A DNA stretch of 64,000 nt, taken from assembly GCA_038061755.1 (NCBI GenBank), contig JBBTYN010000004.1:3198-67197 (forward strand), given 5' to 3'. The translations under genes were made by a program, and so were the position numbers. Origin of the DNA: Patescibacteria group bacterium (lineage in GTDB: Bacteria > Patescibacteriota > Minisyncoccia > Phycocordibacterales > UBA9973). Under the pieces are notes generated by a model. That model was given only the letters and a program-made list of their open reading frames with translations, had not been told where the DNA came from and did no database searches. This document shows positions 19,648 to 29,101 of this stretch, piece after piece (position 1 is the stretch's first letter; every line of letters begins with the position of its first letter).

Positions 19648-20970
19648 TTACTTTAAAATCTTAATATCTGCACCGATAGAGTTTAGTCTTTGAGCTATTT
19701 CTTCATAACCACGATTTATCATATACACATTACGAAGGATTGAGGTTCCTTGAGCTGCTAACATAGAAATAAGAATAACCATTGATGGGCGAAGGGCTGG
19801 TGGACATACTACTTGAGCCGCTTTGAGTGGTGTACCACCTTGAATATAAACTCTATGAGGATCTGCAAGAGTAATATTGGCACCTAGGCGATTTAACTCG
19901 GTAAAATAAATTGCGCGATCTTCGTAAACCCAATCGTGAATCATGGTTTGACCTTTTGCTCGAATAGCTATAGGCACAAAAAAAGGCAGATTGTCTATAT
20001 TTATTCCAGGATAAGGGTTTGAGTGAATTTTATCATCTAAGGCTTTTAACTTACTGGGGAATATTTCAATATCGGCGAGTTTAGTGCGACCATTGTATGA
20101 ATAATATTTTTTTAGTATTTTATATTTTAAATTCATTCTTTTTAATTTTTCAAGTTCTAAAGAAAGAAAATCTATTGGGCATCTAGTTATTGTGAGTTTT
20201 GAATCTGTAACAATGCAAGCAGAAATAAACATCATAGATTCAATTGGGTCTTCACTATTCCAATATTCAATATCTTTATTTATTTCTTTTATTCCATGAA
20301 CAACTAAGGTAGCTGTACCTATGCCATCTATTTTTACTCCTAATGCTTCAAGGAAGAAACAAATTTCTTGAACCATGTAGTTTGCGCTGGCAAAAGAAAC
20401 AGTTGTAATTCCAGGGATTAGAGCTGCTGCTGTTAAAATATTTTCACAAGCAGTATCTCCAGATTCATACATAACTATTTCGGCTGGCTTTAATTTTTTT
20501 GCAGTAATTTCATAATTTTTTGCTGTAGTTTTTATATTTACTCCTAAAGTTTCTAAAGCGTAAATATGAGCAGCAACTGTGCGTTTTCCTAGATTACACC
20601 CTTGCGCATGAGGTAAAGAAAAAAAAGAAAGGGCATGGATTAATGGCCCCATCAACATAACCACTGAACGTGTCTTAATAGCTGACTCAATATTTATTTT
20701 TTTTAAATTAAATTGTTTAGGAGGCGTGATTATCACTGTATTTTGATCTTGCCATTTGATTTTTACACCGATACTTTCTAGTATTTCAATTACCCTGTTT
20801 ACTTCTTCAATCCTAGCAATACCATGGAGGGTAGTAGTGCCTTTGTTTAATAAAGAAGCGCAAAGAAGCCCCACTGAGCCATTTTTAGAAAAATTTGTTT
20901 TTATAGTTCCACTCAATTTTTTCCCGCCATTTACCTGAAAATCAATTGAATCATTTCGTTGTAATTTCAT
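19648..20970 (-). CDS. murA: UDP-N-acetylglucosamine 1-carboxyvinyltransferase.
   Basis: Enolpyruvate-transferase fold with an active-site Cys region; 440 aa. Confidence 0.85.
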   Translation of the reverse strand: MKLQRNDSIDFQVNGGKKLSGTIKTNFSKNGSVGLLCASLLNKGTTTLHGIARIEEVNRVIEILESIGVKIKWQDQNTVIITPPKQFNLKKINIESAIKTRSVVMLMGPLIHALSFFSLPHAQGCNLGKRTVAAHIYALETLGVNIKTTAKNYEITAKKLKPAEIVMYESGDTACENILTAAALIPGITTVSFASANYMVQEICFFLEALGVKIDGIGTATLVVHGIKEINKDIEYWNSEDPIESMMFISACIVTDSKLTITRCPIDFLSLELEKLKRMNLKYKILKKYYSYNGRTKLADIEIFPSKLKALDDKIHSNPYPGINIDNLPFFVPIAIRAKGQTMIHDWVYEDRAIYFTELNRLGANITLADPHRVYIQGGTPLKAAQVVCPPALRPSMVILISMLAAQGTSILRNVYMINRGYEEIAQRLNSIGADIKILK

Positions 20971-20997
20971 TTTTTTAACATTTTTTTATTATTAATG

Positions 20998-21081
20998 TGC
21001 CCAAGGAGAGAATCGAACTCTCATGATGTTGCCATCAATAGATTTTGAGTCTATCGCGTCTACCAATTCCGCCACCTGGGC
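20998..21081 (-). tRNA. tRNA-Leu (anticodon CAA), class II with a long variable arm.
   Basis: Reverse complement begins GCCCAGGTGGCGGAATTGGTAGACGC. Anticodon loop CTCAAAA, a 15-nt variable arm, and T-loop TTCGATT. Confidence 0.85.
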
Positions 21082-21127
21082 TTTTCCACATTTACACTTT
21101 ACTAAATTTTTGTGTTAAAATCAATCC

Positions 21128-22138
21128 ATGTCAAATCTATATTCCAATTCAATTTTTTGGATTGATACTGATAAAATAAAACCAAATCCTTTTCAACCAA
21201 GACGAGATTTTGATGAAGCTCGTTTGCAAGACTTAGCTGATTCAATAAAACAATATGGAGTTCTTCAGCCACTTATAGTTTCTCGAGTAGAGGTAGAAAA
21301 AGATGGTGGCGGACTTGTAACTGAATATGAATTAATAGCTGGAGAGCGCAGGCTTCGAGCTGCTAAGATTGCAATGGTATCGCAAGTGCCAGCTGTAATT
21401 CGTGCAGGAGATACAGCTTTAATGAAACTTGAGCTTGCGATTATTGAAAATTTACAGCGCGAAGATTTAAACGTCATTGATAGGGCTCGAGCTTTTTTTC
21501 GCTTAGTTACTGAATTTAAATTTACCCACAATGAAGTAGCAAAAAAGATGGGCAGAAGCAGGGAATATGTTTCAAATACTTTGCGTATTTTAACCCTACC
21601 AGAAGAAATTTTAAATGGTTTATCCGAAGGAAAAATTTCCGAAGGACATACTAGGCCTATTTTGATGCTCGCAGACCATCCTCAAGAACAATTAGTTTTA
21701 TTTAAAGAAATTGTTTACAAAAAAATTACCGTACGTGAGGCAGAAAGATTAGCGAGAAAAATAGCTTATGATCGTGTACGCAAGAAAGAATTTATGCCAG
21801 ATCCAGAAATTACGGAACTGGAAGAAGAATTTCAAGAAAAATTAGGCACTCGTGTTCACATAGATAGAAAAGAATTAGGTGGACAAATTAAAATTGATTT
21901 TTTTTCTACCGAAGATTTGCGAACAATTTTAGATTTAATTCATAAAGGAGAAGTTGAAAAAAAACCTGAAGAAATGATGGATAATTATATTACAAATTCA
22001 GAGGTTAAATCTTTGGAGTTTGGACGTCCAGAATCCGAATTTTTAACATCAAAAGAAGCTCCAGTTGACGACAGATCCAAAGAAGAAGCAGAAAAAGACG
22101 AGACTGATTTATATAATATTTCTAATTTTAGCGTTTAA
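21128..22138 (+). CDS. parB: ParB/Spo0J chromosome-partitioning protein.
   Basis: ParB box GERRLRAAK plus an HTH, with an acidic C-terminal extension. Confidence 0.85.
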   Translation: MSNLYSNSIFWIDTDKIKPNPFQPRRDFDEARLQDLADSIKQYGVLQPLIVSRVEVEKDGGGLVTEYELIAGERRLRAAKIAMVSQVPAVIRAGDTALMKLELAIIENLQREDLNVIDRARAFFRLVTEFKFTHNEVAKKMGRSREYVSNTLRILTLPEEILNGLSEGKISEGHTRPILMLADHPQEQLVLFKEIVYKKITVREAERLARKIAYDRVRKKEFMPDPEITELEEEFQEKLGTRVHIDRKELGGQIKIDFFSTEDLRTILDLIHKGEVEKKPEEMMDNYITNSEVKSLEFGRPESEFLTSKEAPVDDRSKEEAEKDETDLYNISNFSV

Positions 22139-22154
22139 GTAAATTGCCAAAGAT

Positions 22155-22199
22155 GCCAAAGATGCCCTTTGACACTGAGTGTCAAAGGGCATCTTTGGC
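22155..22199. repeat. Nested palindromic element, copy 2, variant B: gccaaagatgccctttgacac-tga-gtgtcaaagggcatctttggc. It is preceded by a partial direct duplicate, gccaaagat. It lies between the convergent genes parB and rel.
   Basis: Perfect 21-bp arms. Confidence 0.9.
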
Positions 22200-22204
22200 A
22201 AACA

Positions 22205-23674
22205 TTAGCTACGACCAAAAGACATCAGCTTTGAGAGAAGACTATTTTTTTCTAAATATGATTTTATATGTTTTTTTGCAACAGAGGTTTTAACATACTC
22301 AAGCCATTTACTGGATGGCCTTGAATCTTTTTTTGTGATTATCTCAACTATATCTCCATTTTTTAATTTTGTAAAAATATGAGACATTTTACTGTTTATT
22401 TTAGCCCCAGAAATATGATTTCCAATATCTGTATGTATTGAATAAGCAAAATCTATTGGGCTTGAGTCTTCTGGTAAGTCTACAACATCTCCCTTTGGTG
22501 TAAAAATAAAGATACGATTATTAAAAAAATCCATTTTTAGGTGGTCGATAAAACTTTTCGGATCACCCGGAGAATAATTTAATTCTTTTAATTCCTCAAT
22601 CCATTTGAATTTATCTTTATCGTCCTTAGTTTTTTTTACGCCTTGTTCTTTGTAGGCGAAATGCGCAGCTATACCATAGGCTGCTTCAGTATGCATTTCT
22701 TTTGTCCTTATTTGTATTTCTGCAACACCTCCTAAACCAGTAAAAACAGTTGTGTGAATAGAGCGATAGCCATTTGGCTTTGGAATAGCAATAAAATCTT
22801 TTATTCTTCCAGGCAATGGATTCCAAATAGAATGTATTAATCCTAAAACTCGATAACAATCTTCGATACTGTCTACGACAACACGAAGTGCAACAACATC
22901 GTAAATTTTATCCAAATCCATACCATATTTTAATAATTTTTTATATAAACTATATTTATGTTTGATTCGATAATCAATTTCCACAACTTTTATATTATTT
23001 CTTAATAGTTCTTTTTTCAACACTTCACTGACTTCTGCAAGATTTTTTTCGTATGAATCTTTTTTTTCTTTAATTATTTCTTCTACTTGTGCATATTCTT
23101 TTGGGTAAGCATATGGAAAAGCAGCATTTTCCAAATCACCTTTTAATTTACCCATTCCTAGACGATCAGCTAAACGAGCGTGAATCTCAATTGTCTCCAA
23201 AGCTATACGTTTTTGTTTTTCTGGTTTTTTGTATTCCAGAGTTTGTGCATTATGTAATCTGTCGGCAAGCTTGATAATCACCACCCGAAGATCTCTTGCC
23301 ATCGCCAGGAAGAATTTTCGCAAACTTTCTACGTGGCGGTCGTCTCCTCGGTATTTTATATTACTTAATTTGGTAATTCCTTTTACCAAAAAAGCAATTT
23401 CTTCGCCGAATTCTTTTTTTATATCTTCTTCGGTTGTTTCTGTGTCTTCAACTGTGTCGTGCAAAAAACCGGCGGCAATCGTTTCCGCATCCATTTGAAG
23501 TTTGGTTAGATTCTTCGCAGTTTCAAAAGCATGTGTAAAGTATAGTTCTCCAGAATCACGTTTCTGTCCAGCGTGTGCATTTACAGCAAAATCATAAGCT
23601 TTTTTTAAAAGAACTTTTTCGCCTTCGGTAAATGGTTGCTTTTTTAGTTTATATAATTCCTCAATGTTATTCAT
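22205..23674 (-). CDS. rel: Bifunctional (p)ppGpp synthetase/hydrolase Rel, short form (HD, synthetase and TGS domains; no ACT domain).
   Basis: HD motif HDTVEDT, the synthetase domain, and a TGS region. Confidence 0.85.
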   Translation of the reverse strand: MNNIEELYKLKKQPFTEGEKVLLKKAYDFAVNAHAGQKRDSGELYFTHAFETAKNLTKLQMDAETIAAGFLHDTVEDTETTEEDIKKEFGEEIAFLVKGITKLSNIKYRGDDRHVESLRKFFLAMARDLRVVIIKLADRLHNAQTLEYKKPEKQKRIALETIEIHARLADRLGMGKLKGDLENAAFPYAYPKEYAQVEEIIKEKKDSYEKNLAEVSEVLKKELLRNNIKVVEIDYRIKHKYSLYKKLLKYGMDLDKIYDVVALRVVVDSIEDCYRVLGLIHSIWNPLPGRIKDFIAIPKPNGYRSIHTTVFTGLGGVAEIQIRTKEMHTEAAYGIAAHFAYKEQGVKKTKDDKDKFKWIEELKELNYSPGDPKSFIDHLKMDFFNNRIFIFTPKGDVVDLPEDSSPIDFAYSIHTDIGNHISGAKINSKMSHIFTKLKNGDIVEIITKKDSRPSSKWLEYVKTSVAKKHIKSYLEKNSLLSKLMSFGRS

Positions 23675-23732
23675 TCATTTGATTATACTACAAATATAGT
23701 TTTTGTGATCATAAAATTGTAGGACTATAAAT

Positions 23733-25946
23733 TTAAGCTTCTATTTTTGGTATTTTATGAGGATTGTGCATTTTGCAAGCTTTGTTTGAACAACGTTCCG
23801 GAATAGTTTTTGTGCCTTCCATCATTAAACTTCCACATTCTTTACATATATTGCCAGTGGGTTTTGCTTTAATTGCAAATTTGCAATCTGGATAATTTGA
23901 ACAAGAATAAAAAATTCCAAAGCGTCCGCGCCTCTCTGAAATGTCTCCTTTTTTGCAAATTGGACAAATAATTCCAGTACGTTTTTTTGCCTCTTCGGCT
24001 TCATCTTTTTTTATAAATTTACATTTAGGATAACGTGAACAAGAGATGAAGGTACCTGTACCGTCACGTCTTTCTTTTATAACCAATTTTCCCCCACCGG
24101 ATTTACCTTTCTTTTCGCCACACTCTGGACATATTTCACCAGTTTCTTCAGGGCCCTTTAGCTCTGTGCCATCGAGCATTAAAGCCCCTTCACAATCTGG
24201 GTATTTTGAACAGGAATAAAATTTTCCTCCCCGAGAAAGTTTGATAATCATAGAATTACCACATTTCGGGCATTTTATATTTTCTGGCGCATCACCTAAA
24301 TTTGTCGCTTTTTCTAATTTTTCTTTTAACTTTACATCTTTTGAAAAAGGTATATAAAAATCTTTTAATGTTTTTTCATATTCACGTTCGCCTCTAGATA
24401 TTTCATCTAATTCATCTTCCATTTCAGCAGTAAATGTATCAGAAATATAGTTAGCAAAATGTTTTTCAAGAAAATCTGATACTACTTCGCCGACATCGGT
24501 TGGAAATAGTGTTTTGCCTTCTTTTCTAACATACCCTCTGTCTTCGATTGTCCTCATTATAGATGCATAAGTCGAAGGTCTTCCAATACCTCTTGCTTCA
24601 AGTTCTTTAATTAGTCCTGCTTCAGAATATCTGCCAAGAGGTTCAGTAAATTTTTCTTCTCCATTTAATTCTATGAGTTTTAATTTTTCTCCTGGTGTGC
24701 AAAGTGGAAGTTCTAGATCTTCACCTCGTGCGCCAGTATCTACAGCTAACCAACCAGGAAAAAGTAAACGGGAACCAGTTGCTGTAAAATCGGGAATTTT
24801 TGCTTCCGCAATGTTCGCAGTTATTTTTGTTTTAAGTAATTTTGCATCAGCCATTTGGGACGATATAGCGCGTTCCCATATCAACCGATAAAGCTTGCTT
24901 TGATCATCTGTTCCGGCATGTAATTTTTCTATATGAGTCGGACGAATAGCTTCGTGAGCTTCTTGAGCATTTTTTGATTTTGTTTTATAAATGTGCATTT
25001 CCGCATATTTATCTCCATATTCCTTTTTTACAAATGATATGATTTGAGCTTGAGCGGTAGATGAAAGGTTAGTACTATCTGTTCGCACATAGGTGATGTG
25101 TCCAGCTTCGTAAAGTTTTTGAGCTATTTGCATTGTGCGTGAAGGGGAATATCCAAGTCGTGAAGATGCTGTTTGTTGTAATGTAGAAGTAGTAAAAGGT
25201 GCGCGAGGAGAGCGTTTTTGTTCAGATTCTTTTACACCATTTATAATCCAAGAACCTTTTTTACCCTCAGTCATTATTTTCTCAAATAATTTTTCGTCTC
25301 GTGGTTCTTCGGAGCAAGCTAGAGTAATTTTTTCTTTTTTTAGTGTTTCAAATAATCCTAATATTTTCCAAAATTTTTCAGGAAGAAAAGCGCGAATTTC
25401 ACGTTCACGCTCCATTATTATGCGAAGCGCAGGGGATTGGACACGTCCAGCAGAAAGTCCATATCTTACTTTTTTCCAAATAAGTCCGCTTAAATCGTAT
25501 CCTACCAATCTATCAAGTACTCGACGCGCTTCTTGAGCTTTGCGTAAATTTGTATCAATTTTTCGTGGATGTTTTAATGCTTCTTCTACTGCTTCTTTAG
25601 TAATTTCATGAAAGGCAACTCTTGAGATTGGAGCTTTAATCTTTTTGTCTTGATTAAGAAGCGTTTCTATGTGCCAAGCAATAGCTTCTCCTTCACGGTC
25701 GGGGTCTGTCGCTAAAAGTATTTCATTTGCTTTTTCCGCAAGTCCCTGAAGCTCATGCACAATTTTTTCTTTACCTTTTGAAATTTCATAATGCGGAATA
25801 AATCCTCCCTCAATATCTATCGCTTGTTTATTTGATTTTGGCAAATCACGAATATGTCCGACAGATGCACGCACAGTAAATGCGCCTTCAAGATATTTCT
25901 CAATAGTTTTCGCTTTTGATGGAGATTCAACAATTAATAATTTCAT
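23733..25946 (-). CDS. topA: DNA topoisomerase I.
   Basis: TOPRIM N-terminus (LLIVESPSKAKTI), an active-site Tyr region, and C-terminal Cx2C zinc ribbons. Confidence 0.95.
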   Translation of the reverse strand: MKLLIVESPSKAKTIEKYLEGAFTVRASVGHIRDLPKSNKQAIDIEGGFIPHYEISKGKEKIVHELQGLAEKANEILLATDPDREGEAIAWHIETLLNQDKKIKAPISRVAFHEITKEAVEEALKHPRKIDTNLRKAQEARRVLDRLVGYDLSGLIWKKVRYGLSAGRVQSPALRIIMEREREIRAFLPEKFWKILGLFETLKKEKITLACSEEPRDEKLFEKIMTEGKKGSWIINGVKESEQKRSPRAPFTTSTLQQTASSRLGYSPSRTMQIAQKLYEAGHITYVRTDSTNLSSTAQAQIISFVKKEYGDKYAEMHIYKTKSKNAQEAHEAIRPTHIEKLHAGTDDQSKLYRLIWERAISSQMADAKLLKTKITANIAEAKIPDFTATGSRLLFPGWLAVDTGARGEDLELPLCTPGEKLKLIELNGEEKFTEPLGRYSEAGLIKELEARGIGRPSTYASIMRTIEDRGYVRKEGKTLFPTDVGEVVSDFLEKHFANYISDTFTAEMEDELDEISRGEREYEKTLKDFYIPFSKDVKLKEKLEKATNLGDAPENIKCPKCGNSMIIKLSRGGKFYSCSKYPDCEGALMLDGTELKGPEETGEICPECGEKKGKSGGGKLVIKERRDGTGTFISCSRYPKCKFIKKDEAEEAKKRTGIICPICKKGDISERRGRFGIFYSCSNYPDCKFAIKAKPTGNICKECGSLMMEGTKTIPERCSNKACKMHNPHKIPKIEA

Positions 25947-25996
25947 AACTCATCAAGTATTACACGAAATAGTTTTTCAATGCAAATTTTTTTAAT

Positions 25997-26857
25997 TTAA
26001 GCCAATCTTATTTCTCCTAGTTCTTCTTTAATTAATCCTTTAATTTCCATTACTGACAAAAGTGCATTGGCATTTGGTGTTGGCATTTTCATTGCGCGGA
26101 TTAAATCATCTCGAGGTATCGGTTCACGTAAAAAACTCACAACTTTTTTTTCTTCAGGCAATAAATCTAAAAATAATTTAGCTTGTTTTTCTTTGTTTTC
26201 TGGAAGCTCAAAACCTAATGCTTCTAAAACATCTTCTGCGCAAGTAACAGGTGTTGCGCCTTGATGTAGTAATTTATTTACGCCTTTTGAATTTGGAGAA
26301 AAAATTGATCCAGGCACTACTAACAGATCTCTATTATATTCTGTCGTAAGTCGCGCAGTGATAAGGGTTCCAGATCTTTCTTCTGCTTCTATTATAAGCA
26401 CTGCTTTTGAAATCCCAGCCATGAGTCTATTTCTCATCGGGAAGCTCCATTGGGTCGCTTTGAAATCAGGTTCAAATTCTGAAATTAAACATCCGCCATT
26501 TTCTACAATCTCACTTATCAGTCTGACATTAGTTTTTGGATACATTGCTTCATTTGATAATCCTGAACCAGGAAAAACTAAAGTTTTTAATCCCACTTGC
26601 ATCGCTTTTTTGTGAGCAATAGTATCTATGCCCATAGCAAAACCAGAAACTATTACTATTGGATAACCCTTTAGGCCAGCAATTATTTTTTCGCAGGCTT
26701 CGCGTCCATAAGATGTAAATTTTCTTGAACCTACGACACAAAGATATATTAAATTTTCCGAAAGCATTTCACCGATAACCCAGAGATCTTCTGGCGGTTG
26801 GGGAATTTCTAATAGCGCTTTAGGAAATTTATTTTTTGGTAATTTCTTGATTTGCAT
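25997..26857 (-). CDS. dprA: DNA processing protein DprA (Smf).
   Basis: Rossmann-like DprA core (GxARGID-like region GFAMGID). Confidence 0.8.
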   Translation of the reverse strand: MQIKKLPKNKFPKALLEIPQPPEDLWVIGEMLSENLIYLCVVGSRKFTSYGREACEKIIAGLKGYPIVIVSGFAMGIDTIAHKKAMQVGLKTLVFPGSGLSNEAMYPKTNVRLISEIVENGGCLISEFEPDFKATQWSFPMRNRLMAGISKAVLIIEAEERSGTLITARLTTEYNRDLLVVPGSIFSPNSKGVNKLLHQGATPVTCAEDVLEALGFELPENKEKQAKLFLDLLPEEKKVVSFLREPIPRDDLIRAMKMPTPNANALLSVMEIKGLIKEELGEIRLA

Positions 26858-26899
26858 AAAAGTTTTGTATTTGTAATTATTTTATTGTATACTATTTAT

Positions 26900-28171
26900 A
26901 TGTTAGACATCAAATTTATTCGTGAAAATAAAGATATTGTGCAGGCGGGTGCGAAGAAAAAAAATATTGAGATAGATATTGATGCTTTGATTGTGCTTGA
27001 TGATAATCGCTTAAAAGAACTTAAAGAAGTAGAAGAACTTCGTAGTGAAGTAAATAGAGTTTCAAATGATATATCTCGCGATCAAGATCCAGCATCCAAA
27101 ATTCAACTAATTGAAGAAATGCGCGCAGTGAAAGAAGACATTAAAGCAAAAGAAGAAAAATTAAAAATAACCATAGAAGAATGGCAGAAAATTATGGTGC
27201 AAGTGCCTAATGTGCCAGATATGTCTGTACCAGATGGAAAAACAGATGTGGAAAACAAAGAAGTAAAAGTTTGGGGTGAAATTCCAAAATTTGATTTTAC
27301 TCCTAAAAATCATATTGAGCTTATGGAAAATTTAGGAATACTTGATATGGCTAGAGGTGTAAAAGTTGCTGGTTTTCGTGGATATTTTTTAAAGGGTGAT
27401 GGAGCTCTTCTTGAATTTGCTTTATGGCAGTTTGTGCAGGATTTCTTTTCTAAAAAAGGAGGCTTTATTCCGATGATTGTTCCTTCTCTTTTGAAACGAG
27501 AAGTATTTTTAGGTACTGGTTATCTTCCGCAAGGTGAAGAAGATTTATACAAAACGCAAGATGGCGAGTATTTATCAGGTACAGCAGAAGTTGCAATGAT
27601 GGGGCACTATATGGGTGAAATTTTAGAAAAAAAAGATCTGCCAATAAAAATGCTTGGATTTTCTTCTGCTTTTCGTCGTGAGGCGGGAAGTCATGGTAAA
27701 GATACAAAAGGTATTCTTAGAGTTCATGAATTTTTTAAATTTGAACAAGTTGTACTTTGTGAAGCACAACATACAGAATCAGTAAAATTTCATGAAGAAA
27801 TACAACGTAATACTGAAGAAATTATGGAGGCATTAGGATTGCCTTATCATGTGGTAATAAACTGTGCTGGAGATCTTGGTTTGGGTCAAGTTAAAAAATA
27901 TGACATTGAAGCTTATTTGCCATCTGAAAATACCTATCGGGAAACTGGTTCTGCTAGTTATTTTCATGATTTTCAAACAAGACGATTAAATATCCGTTAT
28001 CGTGATGAAAATGGTAAATTAAAATTTGTTCACTCTTTAAATAATACTGCTCTTTCTGGTAGACCACTCATTATGATAGTAGAAAACTACCAACAAGCAG
28101 ACGGATCTATAAAAATTCCAGAAGTTTTACGCAAATACATGGGAGGTAAGGAATTTATAAAAAATAGCTAG
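26900..28171 (+). CDS. serS: Seryl-tRNA synthetase.
   Basis: N-terminal coiled coil MLDIKFIREN and class II motifs. ATG 26900 preferred as the start. Confidence 0.9.
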   Translation: MLDIKFIRENKDIVQAGAKKKNIEIDIDALIVLDDNRLKELKEVEELRSEVNRVSNDISRDQDPASKIQLIEEMRAVKEDIKAKEEKLKITIEEWQKIMVQVPNVPDMSVPDGKTDVENKEVKVWGEIPKFDFTPKNHIELMENLGILDMARGVKVAGFRGYFLKGDGALLEFALWQFVQDFFSKKGGFIPMIVPSLLKREVFLGTGYLPQGEEDLYKTQDGEYLSGTAEVAMMGHYMGEILEKKDLPIKMLGFSSAFRREAGSHGKDTKGILRVHEFFKFEQVVLCEAQHTESVKFHEEIQRNTEEIMEALGLPYHVVINCAGDLGLGQVKKYDIEAYLPSENTYRETGSASYFHDFQTRRLNIRYRDENGKLKFVHSLNNTALSGRPLIMIVENYQQADGSIKIPEVLRKYMGGKEFIKNS

Positions 28172-28208
28172 GCAAGACCTAGCATGCTAGGTCTTGCCTA
28201 GCTATTTT
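28161..28208. repeat. Perfect 48-bp palindrome aaaatagctaggcaagacctagcatgctaggtcttgcctagctatttt. It overlaps the serS stop codon.
   Basis: Seen directly. Likely a terminator or attenuator hairpin between serS and the downstream gene. Confidence 0.85.
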
Positions 28209-28213
28209 ACACA

Positions 28214-29101
28214 ATGCAAAAAAGAAATGTTTTAAATTCTCCTGGTCTTTTAGAATTAAAAAAAAGAAGGCATAGAGTTTTTTTTAATAAAGTTTTAATT
28301 TTTTTGTTTGGAGTTTTAGTAATTTTCTTATTATTAGTTTATCTTTCTTGTCTTAATAAATTAAATATTAGTGAAGTGGAGATTCTTGGTAATAAAGTTT
28401 TAGATACAGAAAAATTAAATAATGCAGTAGAAAAGCAAATTGCTGGAAAATATTTATGGCTTTTCCCTAAGACTAATATTTTAATATATCCCCAAAATAC
28501 TATTAAGAACGAACTTCAAAATGAGTTTAAGAGAATTAAAGATATTAATTTGAAGATTAAAAATACTAAAATATTAGAAGTATTATTGACTGAAAGAGAA
28601 GCGAAATATACTTGGTGCGGGATAATTTTTTCTGGTGTTGGAATCCCACAGGGAAGTCCAATACCCGAAAAAAAAGAAGAAAATTGTTATTTTATGGATG
28701 AAGATGGTTATATTTTTGATGAAGCGCCATATTTTTCTGGTGAAATTTATTTTAGGTTTTATGGTCAGGTAAATAGTAATCCTATTGGATTTTATTTTTT
28801 TGAACAAAATTTTAAACAATTAGTTGCTTTTAGAGATATTCTTATTAGTATTGGATTAAAACCTATAGCATTAAATATTTTGAATATTGAAGACGCAGAA
28901 ATTATTCTTTCAAGTGAAACTTCTTTAATAAATGAACCTAAAATTATTTTTAGATTAAATGCTGATTTTCAAAATGTTGCAGAAAATTTACAAACAGCTT
29001 TAAATACCGAACCCCTAAAATCAAAATTTAAAAATAAATATTCAATGTTGCAATATATTGATTTGCGATTCAAAAATAAAGTTTATGACAAATTCCAATA
29101 A
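28214..29101 (+). CDS. ftsQ: FtsQ/DivIB-like cell-division protein (TM helix plus POTRA domain).
   Basis: N-terminal TM helix and a POTRA-like segment (ISEVEILGNKVL...LLTEREAKYTW). Confidence 0.5.
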   Translation: MQKRNVLNSPGLLELKKRRHRVFFNKVLIFLFGVLVIFLLLVYLSCLNKLNISEVEILGNKVLDTEKLNNAVEKQIAGKYLWLFPKTNILIYPQNTIKNELQNEFKRIKDINLKIKNTKILEVLLTEREAKYTWCGIIFSGVGIPQGSPIPEKKEENCYFMDEDGYIFDEAPYFSGEIYFRFYGQVNSNPIGFYFFEQNFKQLVAFRDILISIGLKPIALNILNIEDAEIILSSETSLINEPKIIFRLNADFQNVAENLQTALNTEPLKSKFKNKYSMLQYIDLRFKNKVYDKFQ

